In this document: one piece after another, positions 9,285 to 19,611 of the stretch
Numbering within the stretch: position 1 is the stretch's first letter
How the letters are laid out: each line of letters starts with the position of its first letter
Source: a virus
IMG/VR virus record: IMGVR_UViG_3300032117_000009
Coordinates: 60,689-124,688 of that record
Reading direction: 5' to 3' (one strand)
Length of the DNA stretch: 64,000 nt
Notes under the pieces: generated by a model
The model's database searches: none
The model's input: only the letters and a program-made list of their open reading frames with translations
What the model was told of the DNA's origin: nothing
Program-made: the position numbers and the translations under genes

Positions 9285-9849
9285 ACCATTCTACCTTGTT
9301 ATACCAACTTGATGTTCTATTGCGATTTTTAGCTCTCCAACTAGCGTTTGCTTTTGATTTGGCAACTTTACAAGGATCACATCTGCATCCAGCTTCATAA
9401 CCAGAAGTTTTCCCATGCCTTGGGTCATCATCATCTATGCCACGTTGTCTAATTTTCCTAACGCTTTCAACGGCAGCAGCTTGGCAAAGTCCACATCTAC
9501 AACCAATTCTATATCCATTTGTACTCCCATGTCTTGGGTCTTCAGGATCTAATGCCTTTAATATTGGCAATGGTGTTCTTAACTTATCTTCATCTACACC
9601 TGGGGTAATAGGCCCTTCTTTATCAATACCTTTAAGAGATCTTTGATAATAAGAAGATGCATCCCTGCATTTTCTACAACGACAATTCCCATATGTGTAC
9701 GCATAAATTTTGCCATGGTGTGTGCTGTCTACATAAAGTTTGCATTTTGGGCTTGGGCAATTACAATTTTCTCTAATATTAGGGTCTAATTCTTTTCCCC
9801 AAAACTCAGGGTTTTGAAAATTTATTTCAGCAATTTCATTATCGCCCAT
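9274..9849 (-). CDS. Protein with three HG-x-Y-x-CRCxxC Zn-binding repeats
   Basis: HHGKIYAYTYGNCRCRKC, RHGSTNGYRIGCRCGLC, RHGKTSGYEAGCRCDPC. Confidence 0.8.
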   Translation of the reverse strand: MGDNEIAEINFQNPEFWGKELDPNIRENCNCPSPKCKLYVDSTHHGKIYAYTYGNCRCRKCRDASSYYQRSLKGIDKEGPITPGVDEDKLRTPLPILKALDPEDPRHGSTNGYRIGCRCGLCQAAAVESVRKIRQRGIDDDDPRHGKTSGYEAGCRCDPCKVAKSKANASWRAKNRNRTSSWYNKVEWYDL

Positions 9850-11024
9850 TATTCGTTTCCTGAGTAATCATGAGGCTTTTGAAAAGGTCGAGCCTCTGGG
9901 TGGTTAGGGTTTATCTGCTGATAGGCCATATCGTTCGCCTGTGACGATATTTCAGAGCATGTGGGGCAATACGAATCCATGCGATTTGAAAGTGGTGTAC
10001 CGCAACTGAGGCACGTTCCACTAGGAGAAGCTAAATGTGTTGAATCTTTATTAGTTCCTAAATGTGTAAATTTATTTGAATTATTAATGTTTGAAAATAA
10101 ATTTTCAGAAATTATTTTTGACGAACTTCTACGTCTTTTTTCATTATCAACATATTGTTGTGCATCATGTTTGACAAAATGTTCTACTTCGTGATGAAAT
10201 TCATCTTGATTTGGTTTATAGATTTCTCCATCCCTATCTTGTAAATTAATCAAATCCATAGGGCCATATTTTTTATGATGAAGTTCAATAAATCCACCAT
10301 CAAAGTATCGGCCTTCCCAATCGCCTACTTTATGTGATACATATGGCTCATCATTTTCGTCTATCTGGATAGTATGATCAGGGAAACGCTTTTCAAATTC
10401 TGATACGGTATGCAATCGGAGCATAAGTTTTTGTGGGCCAAATATATGATCTATACCTTCCCAAAGATGTTCAGCGATAGCTTTACCAGCTATTTCACTT
10501 TGCTCACGCTTACTCAAACCAAAATCTTCATCATCAACTGATGCATACCATTTAGAAGCGTTTACAAGGTCCTTGCGCTTACGATATTCACGTTGCCAAG
10601 TATTATAAGCTTTTTTACAAGGATAACAACGACAACCTAGAGTTGTATAAGTAGCTACTTGACCATGGCGATTGTCATCGGCAGGAAGATTGTTTTGCTT
10701 TTTGTTTTCAGCTTCTTGGTATCGAGCACTTTTACAATCATCACAACGGCAATTCCAGTTGTAATAAGCATTTAGAGTTCCGTGGCGCTCGTCGCCTTCA
10801 GGGAGTGACAATGACTTACGACTATTGTTATATTGTCTTCTAGCATCTTTGCAGTCGTCACAACGACACTTTCCACCTTGATATCCAGGGAGTGTGCCAT
10901 GCTTTTCAGAATCTTTGTCTAAATTACAATTGCGGTTTGAACAACCACAAGCATAACGATCTCTATAGTATGATTCTATAGTAGGAGGTATATCATACCA
11001 CTCTTGATGATCGTCAATAGGCAT
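9849..11024 (-). CDS. Modular protein: three HG-x-Y-x-CRCxxC repeats, central unknown domain, C-terminal CxxC-CPTC ribbon
   Basis: KHGTLPGYQGGKCRCDDC, RHGTLNAYYNWNCRCDDC, RHGQVATYTTLGCRCYPC; linker NASKWYASV. Confidence 0.8.
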   Translation of the reverse strand: MPIDDHQEWYDIPPTIESYYRDRYACGCSNRNCNLDKDSEKHGTLPGYQGGKCRCDDCKDARRQYNNSRKSLSLPEGDERHGTLNAYYNWNCRCDDCKSARYQEAENKKQNNLPADDNRHGQVATYTTLGCRCYPCKKAYNTWQREYRKRKDLVNASKWYASVDDEDFGLSKREQSEIAGKAIAEHLWEGIDHIFGPQKLMLRLHTVSEFEKRFPDHTIQIDENDEPYVSHKVGDWEGRYFDGGFIELHHKKYGPMDLINLQDRDGEIYKPNQDEFHHEVEHFVKHDAQQYVDNEKRRRSSSKIISENLFSNINNSNKFTHLGTNKDSTHLASPSGTCLSCGTPLSNRMDSYCPTCSEISSQANDMAYQQINPNHPEARPFQKPHDYSGNE

Positions 11025-11035
11025 GATTTTGAAAA

Positions 11036-11815
11036 TTAATCGAAATCGCTCGCATCATGAGTGTGATTTGTCACAGTACCATTAATGTGATCTCTCTTGT
11101 GATCTTCTTCTGTCCCTGGGTAACCGTGTAGCAATCTCATGTGAGCCTTCAACATGTTTGGTGCTGGCTTACCAAGAACAGGAGTACGAGTTCCCTTAGC
11201 AAATGGCTGAGCAAGCTCATCAAAGTATGTAGTACCAGCAGATTGAATTGTACCCATCACAGGGTTGTGCTCAAGTTCGTGAGCAATTTCTCTATCTTCA
11301 TTTGTTGGGTGAGCCTGAAAATCACCGAGGCACCAACCATGGTGTACATAAAGGTGCTTACCTAGATCATTGAAATAATCAAGATCTGGGTCACTAGAAT
11401 CCATTGAACGAAGCCGATCAATATCCTCATCGCTTATACGGCTTGGTCCACCTTGAATACCACGTTCGCCAGAACGACTTCCTTTAAAGAAATGCTTCTG
11501 GTTTACGTAGTTACCAAACCTTCTAATTTTATCTGCTTCTTCTGTAGTAGTAGGGCTATCTTTGTCATATACAAAGCCATTCTCAGAAGATATTTCATCA
11601 ATAAGTTCTTTTTCTGTGCGAATGTTTTTAGCAGTAGATGAATCATAATCATCAGGGTTTAACCGAGATGCAAGCCTACTAAAATTTTGAAAAAGCTCTT
11701 TTCTATCAACCTTGCCATACTTATTATTTACTTCGTCTTTAAGGATATCTTTTGGATCTGCTTGGTCAGAGACTCTTCTTAATAAAAAATAAAGATCAAC
11801 AGGTACGTTATTCAT
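11036..11815 (-). CDS. Hypothetical protein with His-rich C-terminal motifs
   Basis: HLYVHHG, HMRLLHG, HKRDH, HTH. Confidence 0.7.
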   Translation of the reverse strand: MNNVPVDLYFLLRRVSDQADPKDILKDEVNNKYGKVDRKELFQNFSRLASRLNPDDYDSSTAKNIRTEKELIDEISSENGFVYDKDSPTTTEEADKIRRFGNYVNQKHFFKGSRSGERGIQGGPSRISDEDIDRLRSMDSSDPDLDYFNDLGKHLYVHHGWCLGDFQAHPTNEDREIAHELEHNPVMGTIQSAGTTYFDELAQPFAKGTRTPVLGKPAPNMLKAHMRLLHGYPGTEEDHKRDHINGTVTNHTHDASDFD

Positions 11816-12204
11816 GCTGGGACCTTTTCTGGAGTTCTTTGTGGAGTAGCTGGCTCGTATGGGCTTGGTTCACGCTCTGGAGCATAAAGTGGCTCTTCAT
11901 ACGGAACTTCTTCAGGTTCTTCATCAGGCTCTTGTTGAGGCTCTGGTTGGTGAAGTGGCTCTTCCTCAGGAGCTTCGTCTGGCTCTTCTTCAGGCTCTGG
12001 TTGCTGAGGGTAATAAGGTTCACCTGGCGCTGGTGCTTCAGGTGCTTCAGGTGCTTCAGGAACATCAGGTGTCTCAGGAGTCTTTTCTGGAATTAACAAT
12101 GGTTCTTGAGTAGGCTCAGGCTCAGGTATAAGAGGCCTAATTGGTTTATGAATCCTACGACTAGGTATTCTTTTTGTCTGATCTCCCATTTCAATATCAA
12201 TCAT
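11812..12204 (-). CDS. Pro/Glu-rich low-complexity protein
   Basis: PEAPEAPEAPAPGEP...QPEPEEEPDEAPEEEP; start moved from 12498 (which overlaps the upstream gene) to the coupled ATG. Confidence 0.6.
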   Translation of the reverse strand: MIDIEMGDQTKRIPSRRIHKPIRPLIPEPEPTQEPLLIPEKTPETPDVPEAPEAPEAPAPGEPYYPQQPEPEEEPDEAPEEEPLHQPEPQQEPDEEPEEVPYEEPLYAPEREPSPYEPATPQRTPEKVPA

Positions 12205-13003
12205 TGTATCTATCCCAGGTATTACCACAATTGAAACATTTACCAAGTCTACCATGTTTGTGACCACGAGGGTTGTTAACAAGACCAAGATCATCACTAC
12301 CGCAACGTGGGCATGGGTGCTCTTCTGGAACATGATCAGGATCTTTATTGGGATCAAGACTCTCAGCAGCAGTCTGACGGTCCCACTCTTTATGCATAAC
12401 TTGCTCTTTTGGAAGCCAGTTAGCAAGCTCTGGTTTGCTATCAATAAAATTAGGCCAATTTGGGTTACCAGAATTTGATATAAATTCGTTTGGCACACGC
12501 TCTACTTGGACACCTAGATCGTTTTTAACTTTTTCTAGCTCATGATCATCTAGTGGAACAGCTGTCCAAATTTTGCTAACTTTACCGTGTGAAGTACGGT
12601 AACCAGCGTCAGTGTAGTCGGTCTTGCCCCTCATGTTTAGTTGAACAAGTGTGTCCATTCTAAAGTTGTCGGAATCGTGAATGTTATTTAATGTTTGTGA
12701 GTGAATGCCACAATTGCAAGAATCTGGCTCGAATTCATTTGGTCCTGGGATATCATGCCACTTAACGTGTTGGTTGTTACTAGGGTCCTTACGCTTTTCT
12801 TCTTGGTACTGACAAACTGCAGCTTGGTCTGAACCATAAAATTTAACTCTCCAAGCACCTGTCATGTAGTGGTGGCCACCGAATTCATCATGCACAGGCT
12901 TATTAAGCGTCATGAACTTGAAAGATGGTATATCATCATCGGTTTCACCAATTGGGACAGTATCATGACCCCACTCTCCCATGTAACGTCCATTAATTAT
13001 CAT
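12197..13003 (-). CDS. Modular protein: H..P...CxCG domain plus C-terminal Zn ribbon
   Basis: HDIPGPNEFEPDSCNCGIHS...GYRT; CPRCGS...CFNCG. Confidence 0.75.
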   Translation of the reverse strand: MIINGRYMGEWGHDTVPIGETDDDIPSFKFMTLNKPVHDEFGGHHYMTGAWRVKFYGSDQAAVCQYQEEKRKDPSNNQHVKWHDIPGPNEFEPDSCNCGIHSQTLNNIHDSDNFRMDTLVQLNMRGKTDYTDAGYRTSHGKVSKIWTAVPLDDHELEKVKNDLGVQVERVPNEFISNSGNPNWPNFIDSKPELANWLPKEQVMHKEWDRQTAAESLDPNKDPDHVPEEHPCPRCGSDDLGLVNNPRGHKHGRLGKCFNCGNTWDRYND

Positions 13004-13167
13004 TCGGAGTCTCCTGTGACACCTTTACCAATGATATTCATATTGTCATAGACGCCAAGAATTTTATTTGGTGTAACATCCTTGCGTGTGCTAACAAACC
13101 AATGTGGATCATTGGCAGAAGCAGATTTCTTAAAATACTTTTTTTCTATTGTATCCCATAACGACAT
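13000..13167 (-). CDS. Small protein (55 aa) below the ORF-track cutoff, carrying the block's W...KKSAS motif
   Basis: Translated by hand: MSLWDTIEKKYFKKSASANDPHW...; stop overlaps the next ATG (ATGA). Confidence 0.65.
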   Translation of the reverse strand: MSLWDTIEKKYFKKSASANDPHWFVSTRKDVTPNKILGVYDNMNIIGKGVTGDSE

Positions 13168-13217
13168 TTTTAGCCCTGGTCCCTTTTCGTTGCCTTAACT
13201 TTTAGTATAATAGTTTG

Positions 13218-13940
13218 TTAGAACCAATTGTACTTATCGCCAATGGCCTTATCAAATTCGTATGATTCTGCATATTCTTTGCGAGCGGTACGAAGAGTTG
13301 ATTGCTTTGAAGCTTCAATTACGTTAGCAACTTTTTCTCTGCGACAAATTTCAACATTGTCAAGGAAATTATCGATAACAGCAGCTCTGAAAGAAACATC
13401 AAGAAGCGAAGAAGTCTTGTGTTCTACAAATGAGCAAGCAGCTTCTCTAGTAGCAAGTTGTGATTTTGTAAGCTCAGGAGACTGCTCAAATGTCCATGTC
13501 TCAGCGCCAGCAGTTACAAAATTAGACCAGTCATACTCTCTGATCTCATTCTGTACTTCTTTAGCAGCGGAAAAAAGAAACGAACCATCGTCCTCACCAA
13601 GGTCAAACATACCATCTTGCACTTTGTAATAAGTAGAAGCTACAGTCCCACCTGGAAGATTTTGTAAATACTCTTCGGTGTCAAAGTCTACATATTCAGT
13701 AGCTGTCTTTTGTAGAAGCTCACGGTCAGACTCAAGGGTAGTAATTTGGTCAGCAATACGTACAAGCTCACCCTCTGTCGTCTGTGGATGTGAAGCAATT
13801 ACTCTTAGCCCACTAAGCATCTCCTGCACTTGCTCAATTCTATCGTAAATTGAAGCAGAAGAGCCATCAAACCATGATGTGTTGCTTGCGAGTTTCTTGC
13901 TAGCTGAAATTAAGAATGATGCATCTGGCTTTTCATTCAT
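13218..13940 (-). CDS. Helical acidic protein, possibly head/scaffold associated
   Basis: Strong AGGAG RBS; heptad-like segments; motifs SASKKLAS, RVIAS, QKTAT, LRTAR. The function is inference. Confidence 0.6.
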   Translation of the reverse strand: MNEKPDASFLISASKKLASNTSWFDGSSASIYDRIEQVQEMLSGLRVIASHPQTTEGELVRIADQITTLESDRELLQKTATEYVDFDTEEYLQNLPGGTVASTYYKVQDGMFDLGEDDGSFLFSAAKEVQNEIREYDWSNFVTAGAETWTFEQSPELTKSQLATREAACSFVEHKTSSLLDVSFRAAVIDNFLDNVEICRREKVANVIEASKQSTLRTARKEYAESYEFDKAIGDKYNWF

Positions 13941-13974
13941 GTTATTTCTCCTTATAGGAATTGCTTAAGTTTTT

Positions 13975-15399
13975 TTACGAATTCCAGTCCTTATCGAAAG
14001 GATCAAACTCATGTGAATTCTCTCCACTTATACCTGTTTCGGAAGGCTTATTACCTTGTCCATGAGAAAAACTTTCATCGCCATAGTGGATATCATCTTT
14101 ACCATGAAAACCTTCAGGTATAGCTCCAATGCCACCCATAGCAACTAGTGCAGCAACATTAGAATCGCTTAAATTATTTCTACGTTTGTTTTTACCACCA
14201 TAGTCTTCATCATAATCTTCTTCAACATCATCAGTGTCTCTACCTGCTACACCATGCTCTGGGTCAGTTTCATAACCAGGGTTATCATCATCTCCAACTG
14301 ATGCATAAAATGGGTACCAAATCTTTTGTTTATTTGATTCTATAAACTTTTTCTCCCAATCATCATCATCAAAAGCAAATGGATCTTCACCAACAATATC
14401 TTTCATATCTAGTTTTTTATCATGTTTATCTAATGCATCGAAGTCAAGATGTACCTCTTCTGATTTACAGTGAGGACATTTTGCAGGAATGCCAAATTTT
14501 TCATATCCACCAGTTGTAAGACACCCATGGCAGATCAATGGTGGCCCTTGCGGTCTGCTTGCAGCATTTTCTAAAAATGATCCTTGTTTTTGTTGCATTT
14601 GGGCTTCACCTTTATCTACGCATGTTGGGCAATAATATGGAGGAAAACCAGTTCCATCGTTCCACCAACTAGCAAATCTTGGGCTTGATGGCTCTTCTCT
14701 TCTTCTACAATTAGAACAGCGTATATAATCTTTGTCAGAAGGTTTATTTGATATAACAGGAGATCCAATCATACCTTGTGTATTATCCTCATCTGACATA
14801 ATATTTTGATCCATTTTTAATTTATCACCTGATTGTTCAAGAATTTTATTTTCTTGAACAGACCTGCGTTTCATAGACTTTTTAAACTTATTTTCCCAAT
14901 CTTCATCGTCAAAACCTTCATGAACTGGAAAATTGCTTACTTCGTTATCCTGCGAACCTGGGTTATGACCACTAAAAAAATCCATAATCATTGAAAGATA
15001 ATCAGGGTCTTTTTTACCTTTTTCTAGAACATGTTCAACATATGATTGTGCTTCTGGATTTGTTGTATCACTAAAAATGTTACCATGGTATATCTCATGT
15101 TCACCATCTATCCTGCCAAGCAAATTTGCTGGGTCGCCAGGTCTAGGATCTTCTAAACGTTTGCCAACTTCTTTTTTTAAAGCTGCTTGGGCTTCTTCAT
15201 AGCTACCATTATGTTGGTAATATGTTCTTCTTCCTTCTACAATATTATTTTTGCGATTCATGGGTCCCCTTAAATTTTCTTTGCCCATTTTCATAGTCCT
15301 TCTATCTTGTTCAGGATTGCTTTGTTGTTCATCTTCATGCGGATTTATAGCATCAGGCAGATAATAAAAATTGTCTTCATATCCCTCATAATTATCCAT
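13975..15399 (-). CDS. Modular protein with two Zn ribbons and acidic segments
   Basis: CSNC..CPTC, CHGC..CPHC separated by DDEDWENKFKKSMKRRS and DDDDWEKKFIES...FYASV linkers. Confidence 0.75.
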   Translation of the reverse strand: MDNYEGYEDNFYYLPDAINPHEDEQQSNPEQDRRTMKMGKENLRGPMNRKNNIVEGRRTYYQHNGSYEEAQAALKKEVGKRLEDPRPGDPANLLGRIDGEHEIYHGNIFSDTTNPEAQSYVEHVLEKGKKDPDYLSMIMDFFSGHNPGSQDNEVSNFPVHEGFDDEDWENKFKKSMKRRSVQENKILEQSGDKLKMDQNIMSDEDNTQGMIGSPVISNKPSDKDYIRCSNCRRREEPSSPRFASWWNDGTGFPPYYCPTCVDKGEAQMQQKQGSFLENAASRPQGPPLICHGCLTTGGYEKFGIPAKCPHCKSEEVHLDFDALDKHDKKLDMKDIVGEDPFAFDDDDWEKKFIESNKQKIWYPFYASVGDDDNPGYETDPEHGVAGRDTDDVEEDYDEDYGGKNKRRNNLSDSNVAALVAMGGIGAIPEGFHGKDDIHYGDESFSHGQGNKPSETGISGENSHEFDPFDKDWNS

Positions 15400-15401
15400 T
15401 G

Positions 15402-16040
15402 CTATCCGCCTAACAGCTTGATGTAGTCTTCTATACTATTCTTTACAAGATTGCCGTAAGGACCATGTTCATAAAGATGATTATAATATTGCGTTCCTTC
15501 AGGATCTGATTCTCTTCTAAGGTGTGGGCAATGCTTGTTGATCAAATCCATGCAGTGCTCATGGTATGGCAAATGATCACCCAGTACTTCTTTAATAGGA
15601 CTTCCCATATAACGAACAGCTTGGTCGTCATCTTCAAATTTACCACCACACATAAGGCATTTCTTATCACGGTATGATTCTGATGCATCAAGCATAATTG
15701 GATCTATGCGAGACTTTTTTTCATCTTTTGATAGCTCATCATGGTTTAAAATAGAACGTATATCTTGTACACCTTGGTTTCCAATAAAATCTTTATTAAA
15801 TTGTGGTATATCTCCTATAATTTCAAAAGTATTCCAAGGTACAGGAACTTTTTTGTAAAGTCTTCTATCTCCAGGTCTAACATCACCATTATTAGGAATT
15901 CGATAAGATTCATTATCATAATGCTGCATATCTGGTTCAGTTCTATGATGTGGTCTAGGCAAACCAGATGGGTATTCTTCCCATGGGTCAAATTCAGGTG
16001 GCTGCGAAGCTACTGCAGAAAATTGATAAATAATACTCAT
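15402..16040 (-). CDS. VPVPW...CxxCG...YHxxC...CPHL Zn-binding domain protein
   Basis: Homologous by eye to the N-terminal domain of 29460-30638. Confidence 0.75.
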   Translation of the reverse strand: MSIIYQFSAVASQPPEFDPWEEYPSGLPRPHHRTEPDMQHYDNESYRIPNNGDVRPGDRRLYKKVPVPWNTFEIIGDIPQFNKDFIGNQGVQDIRSILNHDELSKDEKKSRIDPIMLDASESYRDKKCLMCGGKFEDDDQAVRYMGSPIKEVLGDHLPYHEHCMDLINKHCPHLRRESDPEGTQYYNHLYEHGPYGNLVKNSIEDYIKLLGG

Positions 16041-16045
16041 TTTTA

Positions 16046-18001
16046 TTATGATTCTAATTCATATTTTGAAGCTATAAATTTTAGGTATTGGGTAACTTGT
16101 TTTTTATTAGCAGTAATTGGTGGAAGGCCTAAGCTTGCTGCGCCTCTTCGATAATCATTTTTTCTTGACCCTGGCAAATCATCCCAAGCAGCTATTACAT
16201 TTGCAAAAGCTTCTGGATCATCTTGGTCTTCATGGTTTGTTGTAAGAATATCATGCGTTTTTCTTAAAATATTTTCACTAGGCTTATTAACCCGCCTACC
16301 AGCATTTATATTATCAACATCTTTTTTAAACTTTCCACCAACTATACAATAATCACATGGTGTATTATCATATTTTGTGTTTTTTCTATCCAAATGGTAA
16401 ATCAAACCAGATGCTCTACCATGTTGATAACCCCTAATATATTTTTTCCTTTGAGAACCTGGCTCATTTTCTAATTCAGATTGATTTTCTGGAGCTGTTG
16501 TTTCTTCATGTTCTTGGTCAGAATTAGGTACAATATTGAAATTATTATAAAAATTATAATTTTGCGGTGAGTTTACATCAACAACTTTTTGTGGCATTAC
16601 TGTTACCTGATGATATGGTAAAGATTTGATTAAACCATTTTCATCTTGTTCTACATTTTCAACGTATGGGTTTCTGTTTACAGGAACTTGTGGAGTATTC
16701 CCTGGTGTAGTTATTACCCTAGTATTTTGATATCCATTATTAGATCTTTGTTGATTGTTTTTTGGCTCTGTTTCTTTGGAACCCCAAACATCACTGTAAT
16801 TTGGCAATTTTGCATCAGGAGTTGATAAAGAGCCATGTAGTTTTTCTATTCTTGATAAGCTTCTTTCTAAATTATTTTTCCATGTTGGATTATCAAAGAA
16901 ACTTATTCCTGCTTCGTTTGTTTGATTAACATCTACAACTTTATCTTTTTGCTTTGTTCCACTTGGGGCACCTTTATAAATAAATCTATGCACGCCTTGA
17001 ACATTATTATAACTCCAACCTCTTTTAACAGCATCTTTTACAGAGTTATAAAAACTTTGTTTAAAATCAGCTGCAATAACAACTTTTGGAATATTGCTAT
17101 GGTTAGCATAAAACATACTGTTGATCCAATTATTTTTATAAGCACGCACAACTATCTTTCCACAATGGTCACATGTGAAATCACCAGTGTCTCTGCTTAG
17201 GTGTGTTGGGCCACCACAGATTGGGCATACAATTACTGAGCTTTGTTTCATTGATTTTTTCCAATCGATTGTACTATATGGGTTGTGATAAGCTGGGCAC
17301 CGATAATCTGTGCATCTATTACTTGATGTTAATTCTCCAGTACAGCAGCTACATTTTTGAGAGTTTCTACATTTTTCATTTTGACAATTACCAAATTCAT
17401 CTACAACGTAATTTCCACAATTGTCACATCTATTTGTTTCAGTGCAACGTGGGCATAATGTGTACTGTTCACGCTCAGATAAACAATTTGGGCAATGTTC
17501 TTTTTGACAATCTGGGCAAAGATCTAAATTATCACCGTATGCGTATTCTTTCTTAAGCCAACCTTCTGGCTCTTCATCATAACCTGGTGAATAGCTCGCA
17601 TAGCAATCTACACCATCACAATAAGTTTCATATGTGCGGTAAGCTTTCTTTGGTCTGAAATGAGGGCTTTCTTCGCATTTTGGGTTGCTGCATTCATCAT
17701 ACTGGTCCATGTACTCACCACATTTGTCACATTTATAACAATTTCTGCAATCTTCATTGACACAGCAACCACTATCCAAAGGCTCAGCACATTCTCTACA
17801 ATAGTCCTCTTGGCAATGTGGGCAAAGGTGATAATTGTCATCCCAGATAGGAGATTTAGATCTTCCTGTTCCTGGGCCATTCATTGAGTTTGTATAACTT
17901 TCCGACCAACCTTGGTATCCTGCGTCATCGTCATAAGCAAATTCATCGCAACCAGGGCCATCGCAATGCAATGTATATATGTCACGAGATAAACGTTTCA
18001 T
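16046..18001 (-). CDS. Modular protein: Cys-rich Zn modules followed by an Asn/Gln-rich C-terminal region
   Basis: Two CD..C...GW...(H/D)LCP.C units with CxxC tails; linker NPYSTIDWKKSMKQSS; start moved to the ATG of the TAATG overlap. Confidence 0.8.
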   Translation of the reverse strand: MKRLSRDIYTLHCDGPGCDEFAYDDDAGYQGWSESYTNSMNGPGTGRSKSPIWDDNYHLCPHCQEDYCRECAEPLDSGCCVNEDCRNCYKCDKCGEYMDQYDECSNPKCEESPHFRPKKAYRTYETYCDGVDCYASYSPGYDEEPEGWLKKEYAYGDNLDLCPDCQKEHCPNCLSEREQYTLCPRCTETNRCDNCGNYVVDEFGNCQNEKCRNSQKCSCCTGELTSSNRCTDYRCPAYHNPYSTIDWKKSMKQSSVIVCPICGGPTHLSRDTGDFTCDHCGKIVVRAYKNNWINSMFYANHSNIPKVVIAADFKQSFYNSVKDAVKRGWSYNNVQGVHRFIYKGAPSGTKQKDKVVDVNQTNEAGISFFDNPTWKNNLERSLSRIEKLHGSLSTPDAKLPNYSDVWGSKETEPKNNQQRSNNGYQNTRVITTPGNTPQVPVNRNPYVENVEQDENGLIKSLPYHQVTVMPQKVVDVNSPQNYNFYNNFNIVPNSDQEHEETTAPENQSELENEPGSQRKKYIRGYQHGRASGLIYHLDRKNTKYDNTPCDYCIVGGKFKKDVDNINAGRRVNKPSENILRKTHDILTTNHEDQDDPEAFANVIAAWDDLPGSRKNDYRRGAASLGLPPITANKKQVTQYLKFIASKYELES

Positions 18002-19611
18002 TATGACCACAAACCTTTGTGTGGGTTTATAAAATTACGGCACCGTCTATTATTGCATTTTCCATGAGTTAATAATTGTTCGCAAGAACCACAGTTCTCT
18101 CTAGGTATATTTACTAATGTACAGTACCCTCCATCGTTTTGGCAAACGCCTTTTTTATTTTTTTCGCCACATTCTGGACATGTATAATATGAATCACATG
18201 CCTCATTATTGCATCTTCCATAATCATCTTCTGATACTTTGCACTCTGGGCAAATTTGATTAAAATGCTCTTTGCAATAGTGTCTTTCGTTGCCTAGCCA
18301 ATCATATGCATATTTCATTGGTTCATAAACAACTGGATTATCTGGGTATTTTGTTTCTGTGCATCCTGGGTAATCGCAATGTTGAATTGTGAGAGGCTCA
18401 TCAGGATAATTTGGATCATCTTCATACGTGTAATGAGCTTTTTTATCAAAACCCCAATTGATATCATCATATGCATTTGGTTTGCATGATTTACATCTAC
18501 CGCTAGGTGCTAATAAACCACCACAACCAGGGTAAATTCTATTATACCCATATGAAGGTTCTATTGTTTCTGTGCAATGAAGCGGTTTGTGTTCTTTGCA
18601 ATAGTGATAGCGTTCTCTTTCCCAATCAGACCCACCGCCGTAATAATTATTATAATCATCGTAGTTAACATCAGCTTTTTTGTCGCAACCTTCATGGTCG
18701 CATTGAGGAACTACATAAGCTATACATTCTGGGTTATAACATTCATGGTGGTCATTATTTCTAGAATTGGTATCACATTGCCTGCAATATTTGCCTCTTT
18801 CGCAATAACCATCTGAATACTTTTTATCGCCTGATGCATCATAATTTTTTTCATCTAAGCAGTTGCCAAATTTATCAACTTCGCTTCCACAAAAACATTT
18901 ATTATGCATATAACAACTGGGATTATGGCAAACTTGAGAGTCATTGTCGATAAATTCTTGTTTTAGTTCATCATCACGATATGGCTCTTCACATTCATGG
19001 CACACAAAATGATCCCAGCAATTTTTACAATAATCGGTGGAAGATTCGTCATGTCTGTGATGTTCTCTACGATGCCAACCTTCAGGCATTCGATCATATT
19101 TTGGGTTCCAACCATCAGCTTCACAATTTGGTGAGCCATCACACGTTACCCAATAATTTTTTGTGGAAATTTTAAGATTTTCTATAGCTCTTGTAGATTC
19201 TCCCAAAGAATTATATTTAGAACATTCTTTATTTTCACAATAAGCTTTTCCACTATTACTTTGATAATATGGTTCGCCACATTCTCTACAATTGTCATGG
19301 TATTCACAATTCTTATTATCGCATCTTCCACTATCTTCTAAAACTCCATGAAAACATTCCATACAGTTTGTCTTTTGGCAATCTGGGCAGATGTGAAAAT
19401 CATAAGCATCATGATTGTTTCGATGCTCTGGGAAATCAGATGCATCTTTCCAATCAGACTTCCACATATCATCTTCTGAAACTTCTTCTTCATTGCACTC
19501 TGGTCCATGAACATCACAAGTATAGCCAATATATGTTGATGCGTACCTAGGCTTATCTAAGCTATCGACAATGAGATTAGGTTGTTCAAAATTTTGTATT
19601 TTTTTACGCAT
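18001..19611 (-). CDS. Cys-rich modular Zn-binding protein (several CD..GC...W...YCxxH units)
   Basis: Same unit type as 19611-23312; internal linker DINWGFDKKAH; start at the TGATG overlap. Confidence 0.85.
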   Translation of the reverse strand: MRKKIQNFEQPNLIVDSLDKPRYASTYIGYTCDVHGPECNEEEVSEDDMWKSDWKDASDFPEHRNNHDAYDFHICPDCQKTNCMECFHGVLEDSGRCDNKNCEYHDNCRECGEPYYQSNSGKAYCENKECSKYNSLGESTRAIENLKISTKNYWVTCDGSPNCEADGWNPKYDRMPEGWHRREHHRHDESSTDYCKNCWDHFVCHECEEPYRDDELKQEFIDNDSQVCHNPSCYMHNKCFCGSEVDKFGNCLDEKNYDASGDKKYSDGYCERGKYCRQCDTNSRNNDHHECYNPECIAYVVPQCDHEGCDKKADVNYDDYNNYYGGGSDWERERYHYCKEHKPLHCTETIEPSYGYNRIYPGCGGLLAPSGRCKSCKPNAYDDINWGFDKKAHYTYEDDPNYPDEPLTIQHCDYPGCTETKYPDNPVVYEPMKYAYDWLGNERHYCKEHFNQICPECKVSEDDYGRCNNEACDSYYTCPECGEKNKKGVCQNDGGYCTLVNIPRENCGSCEQLLTHGKCNNRRCRNFINPHKGLWS

